DNA from: Octopus sinensis
Lineage: Eukaryota
Reading direction: 5' to 3'
DNA: 64,000 nt
Assembly (NCBI RefSeq): GCF_006345805.1
Contig: NC_042998.1
Span: forward strand, 197,284,001 to 197,348,000
Part shown: piece after piece, positions 61,569 through 64,000 of the stretch
How the letters are laid out: every line of letters starts with the position of its first letter
Position numbering within the stretch: the first letter of the stretch is position 1
Program-made: the position numbers and the translations under genes
Notes under the pieces: model-generated
What the model was told of the DNA's origin: nothing
Database searches by the model: none
What the model saw: the letters and a program-made list of their open reading frames with translations, nothing else

Positions 61569-62108
61569 ACCGTGTGTGCCCCAAACACATGCACACGTAA
61601 AGTACTTCCTGTGCATGCAAGTGTATAAACACAGATTACACCATCACCACAACCACACTAATAAAACTGAAAGCAGTGCCAGCCTCAACGGACCCTCTCC
61701 TCCGCCTCAGCGTGACCCTGTTGTACAGATGCCAATTAGTAGATATTTTAATCCCAACCCAGCAGGCAATGTCTTAATAGATTCCCCTCCCTTTATGTCA
61801 CATGTAATTATATATGTGTGTATGTATGTTTGTATGTACACATACTAACTCTACCGTTTGTCTCCTTAATAGGTCTCTGACACCAAAGTTAACCTTTCTG
61901 TTTAGTTGGTTAGTTTGTCTGTTAGTAGCCTGTGCAGCACTTGACAAACACAGTTAATTAATTACAAACACTAGTATCACTTATACACCAGCATCGCACC
62001 TCCACCTACCCGCACCGCATACACTTGAAGGCCACTGATATGCCAGAACTCTACATCCTTAATACACATCATTTTTCAAAAACTTTGGTAGTTTGTAAAA
62101 GCACCACT

Positions 62109-62141
<33 letters not shown>

Positions 62142-62644
62142 AGGAGGAGAAGAAAACTGGGATGAAAGACCCAAACAGATTTCTTTGTAACATTTAGCCT
62201 AGTGTCAAATAAAGAGGAGAGTGAGAGATATAATTAATTGCGGGGATATTGGCGGGAGGGGTACAGGCCAGGGATAACCAAGCGAAAGAGAACTCTGCAT
62301 CTTCTTGGAAAATAAAGCTAGTCTAATGCCAACTGGTTACTTAAAGTCAGTCGTAAGTCACCTAACTACTACGCTAAACATGGGGCAGTTTCTTGTCCAG
62401 CATATATTTAACTTATACCTTTATACCTATCTCTTCATCTTATTTCATTGGTTTTCTTTGCAGTGATAATCTTTTCCCCGTTAAATGTTACTGAAATTCT
62501 GGGGTTATTCCTATTTCTACATTTCTGATATTATTTACCTGAGTCTTCTGGTCTTTGACCTTTAGGTCTAACTTTTCCTAAAGACTTTATTTAGAATGAT
62601 TAGATTTACTTAGAAATATTAGATTTATTGCTAAATCAGCCATT

Positions 62645-62982
62645 ATATAATAATAATAATAATGAAATTATTGTATACAGTGCTCAGGTGCACCACAACT
62701 TGTCAAAAGTGCATATAAAGCATGTGCAGTAATGTAAAAATGTCTGGAAAGCGAACAGTGTATGAGTCAGATACATGCTTGCGTGTGTATGGAGAGGAGA
62801 GAAAATCAGGTGTAGTGTTGGCGAATCTCAGGAAGCATGGAAGTTTTGAAGGATGCTGTGCTCCAACAACTAACAACTGATGCCGGCAGTTTGTTCCATG
62901 TTTCAGTAACTCTCAGCGTGAAAAAATGTTTCCTGAAGTCATGGGAGCTGTGCTGTTTTCGGACTTTGTAAATATGTCCACG
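62645..62982 (-). mobile_element. CR1 3' fragment
   Basis: (ATT)n tail, 3' UTR and ORF2 C-terminus. Confidence 0.8.
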
Positions 62983-64000
62983 GTTGGTTCTTTATATTGA
63001 ATTCATCATTATCTTTTCTCTGAACATCTTCATCTTATCTGTTCTTGTTTGGAATACAGTAGTCACATTTGGGCTGCGATCCTTGCTGGTGTTCCCTTCT
63101 AAAATTATTTGTTCAGTTTTGGCAACCACTTCATCACCAAGACACTGCTTCTTTATTTTTGTTCTATACTCATTGTTCTGCTCAACTTTCACCCCCTGCA
63201 CCTCTTCTAAAGATTATTATTCAAACGACTCATCTTTTTGTTAATTCCCATCCTCTCATTATTGTGTTTCTATAAGAGTTGTTTTTATATTATACAAAAC
63301 TATTCCTTCTTGTTTTCCCAGACAAAGATTATCTTAATTCTTTTAACTCTTACTAGGTTTATGGTTATTAGGGCATCATCTAGTTCAATTTTTCTTTCTC
63401 ATTCTTTTGTCCCTCTCAACATATTAAGCAGTTGTTTAAGGTCTGTATTGCTTTCCGCCTTGACAGGAATGACTTAAGAACTTTCCTAATTTAAGAAAGT
63501 AGATATGATATGGAGGAGATTTGGCTTCTATTTTTAGTAGCAGAACAACTGAGTACATTGTGTCAGCACTGCTTGATCAGATATATTCTTATATGAATAA
63601 GATCTATTTCTGTTTGGATTTCACTTTTCAGTTCCTTTAATTTTCTTCCAAACAGGAAGGATCCTACAAGTGCAAATATTTGCCATTAATGTTTATAGAA
63701 ATACATAGGAAACTACAAAAATTTGACGTCAGTCAGCTAGGAAAGTTTGTGTATGGGTAACGAGTTAGGATTGGTATTCTTGGTGGAGTTGGTGAGTCTG
63801 AGAAAACCCTAGATATGATGCAAGTGGCCACTTAGAGCTCAGTGGATTGGTTTAAGGGGTAATCTTATGTCCACTCTACTCAGCAGATATTTCACCCAAG
63901 GTTTAGGAGCAGCAGCAATAAATAACCAGAAACTCAGACACATTCACTGAAACCTGTAAACTTCAGAATTCTATTGTAGTGTTATTCACTGGCACTAACA

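Noticed and set aside
63656-63756. Possible + strand exon (EGSYKCKYLPLMF...)
   Set aside because: Good acceptor but weak donor, no homology and no partner exons in the window

Overview
This is AT-rich, repeat-dense animal genomic DNA. The SINE/LINE families look like those of Octopus (coleoid cephalopod); that is inferred from recalled repeat sequences and needs a database check. Three spliced genes can be assembled by hand with consistent splice phases. (1) An uncharacterised E/K-rich protein on + (exons 4900-6236, 9309-9357, 12065-12189, 22713-22789, 25316-25411, 27449-27512). (2) A complete 4-exon Sec61-beta gene on - (ATG 40224-40222; exons 33562-33468, 31062-30961, 27864-27777; 95 aa), tail-to-tail with gene 1. 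(3) An ARHGAP11-like RhoGAP on - (exons 57475-57393, 55392-55290, 53871-53329; 5' end unresolved). The rest is mostly nested mobile DNA: several tRNA-derived SINE families, RTE and CR1 LINEs, two mariners, piggyBac- and Tc1-type MITEs, non-autonomous Helitrons and a Gypsy integrase relic. The most interesting hidden signal is three type-I hammerhead-ribozyme motifs in Penelope-like repeats: one near-intact at 59240-59306 (+) and a tandem pair 353 bp apart at 23768-24181 (-) with retrozyme-like architecture. Other oddities are a copy-number-variable ~62-bp hairpin module in the RTE 3' UTR, SINE dimers sharing one junction, a 6x tandem CR1 tail and two long foldback hairpins with 10-nt loops. 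Repeat boundaries are approximate; exon boundaries were counted base by base.
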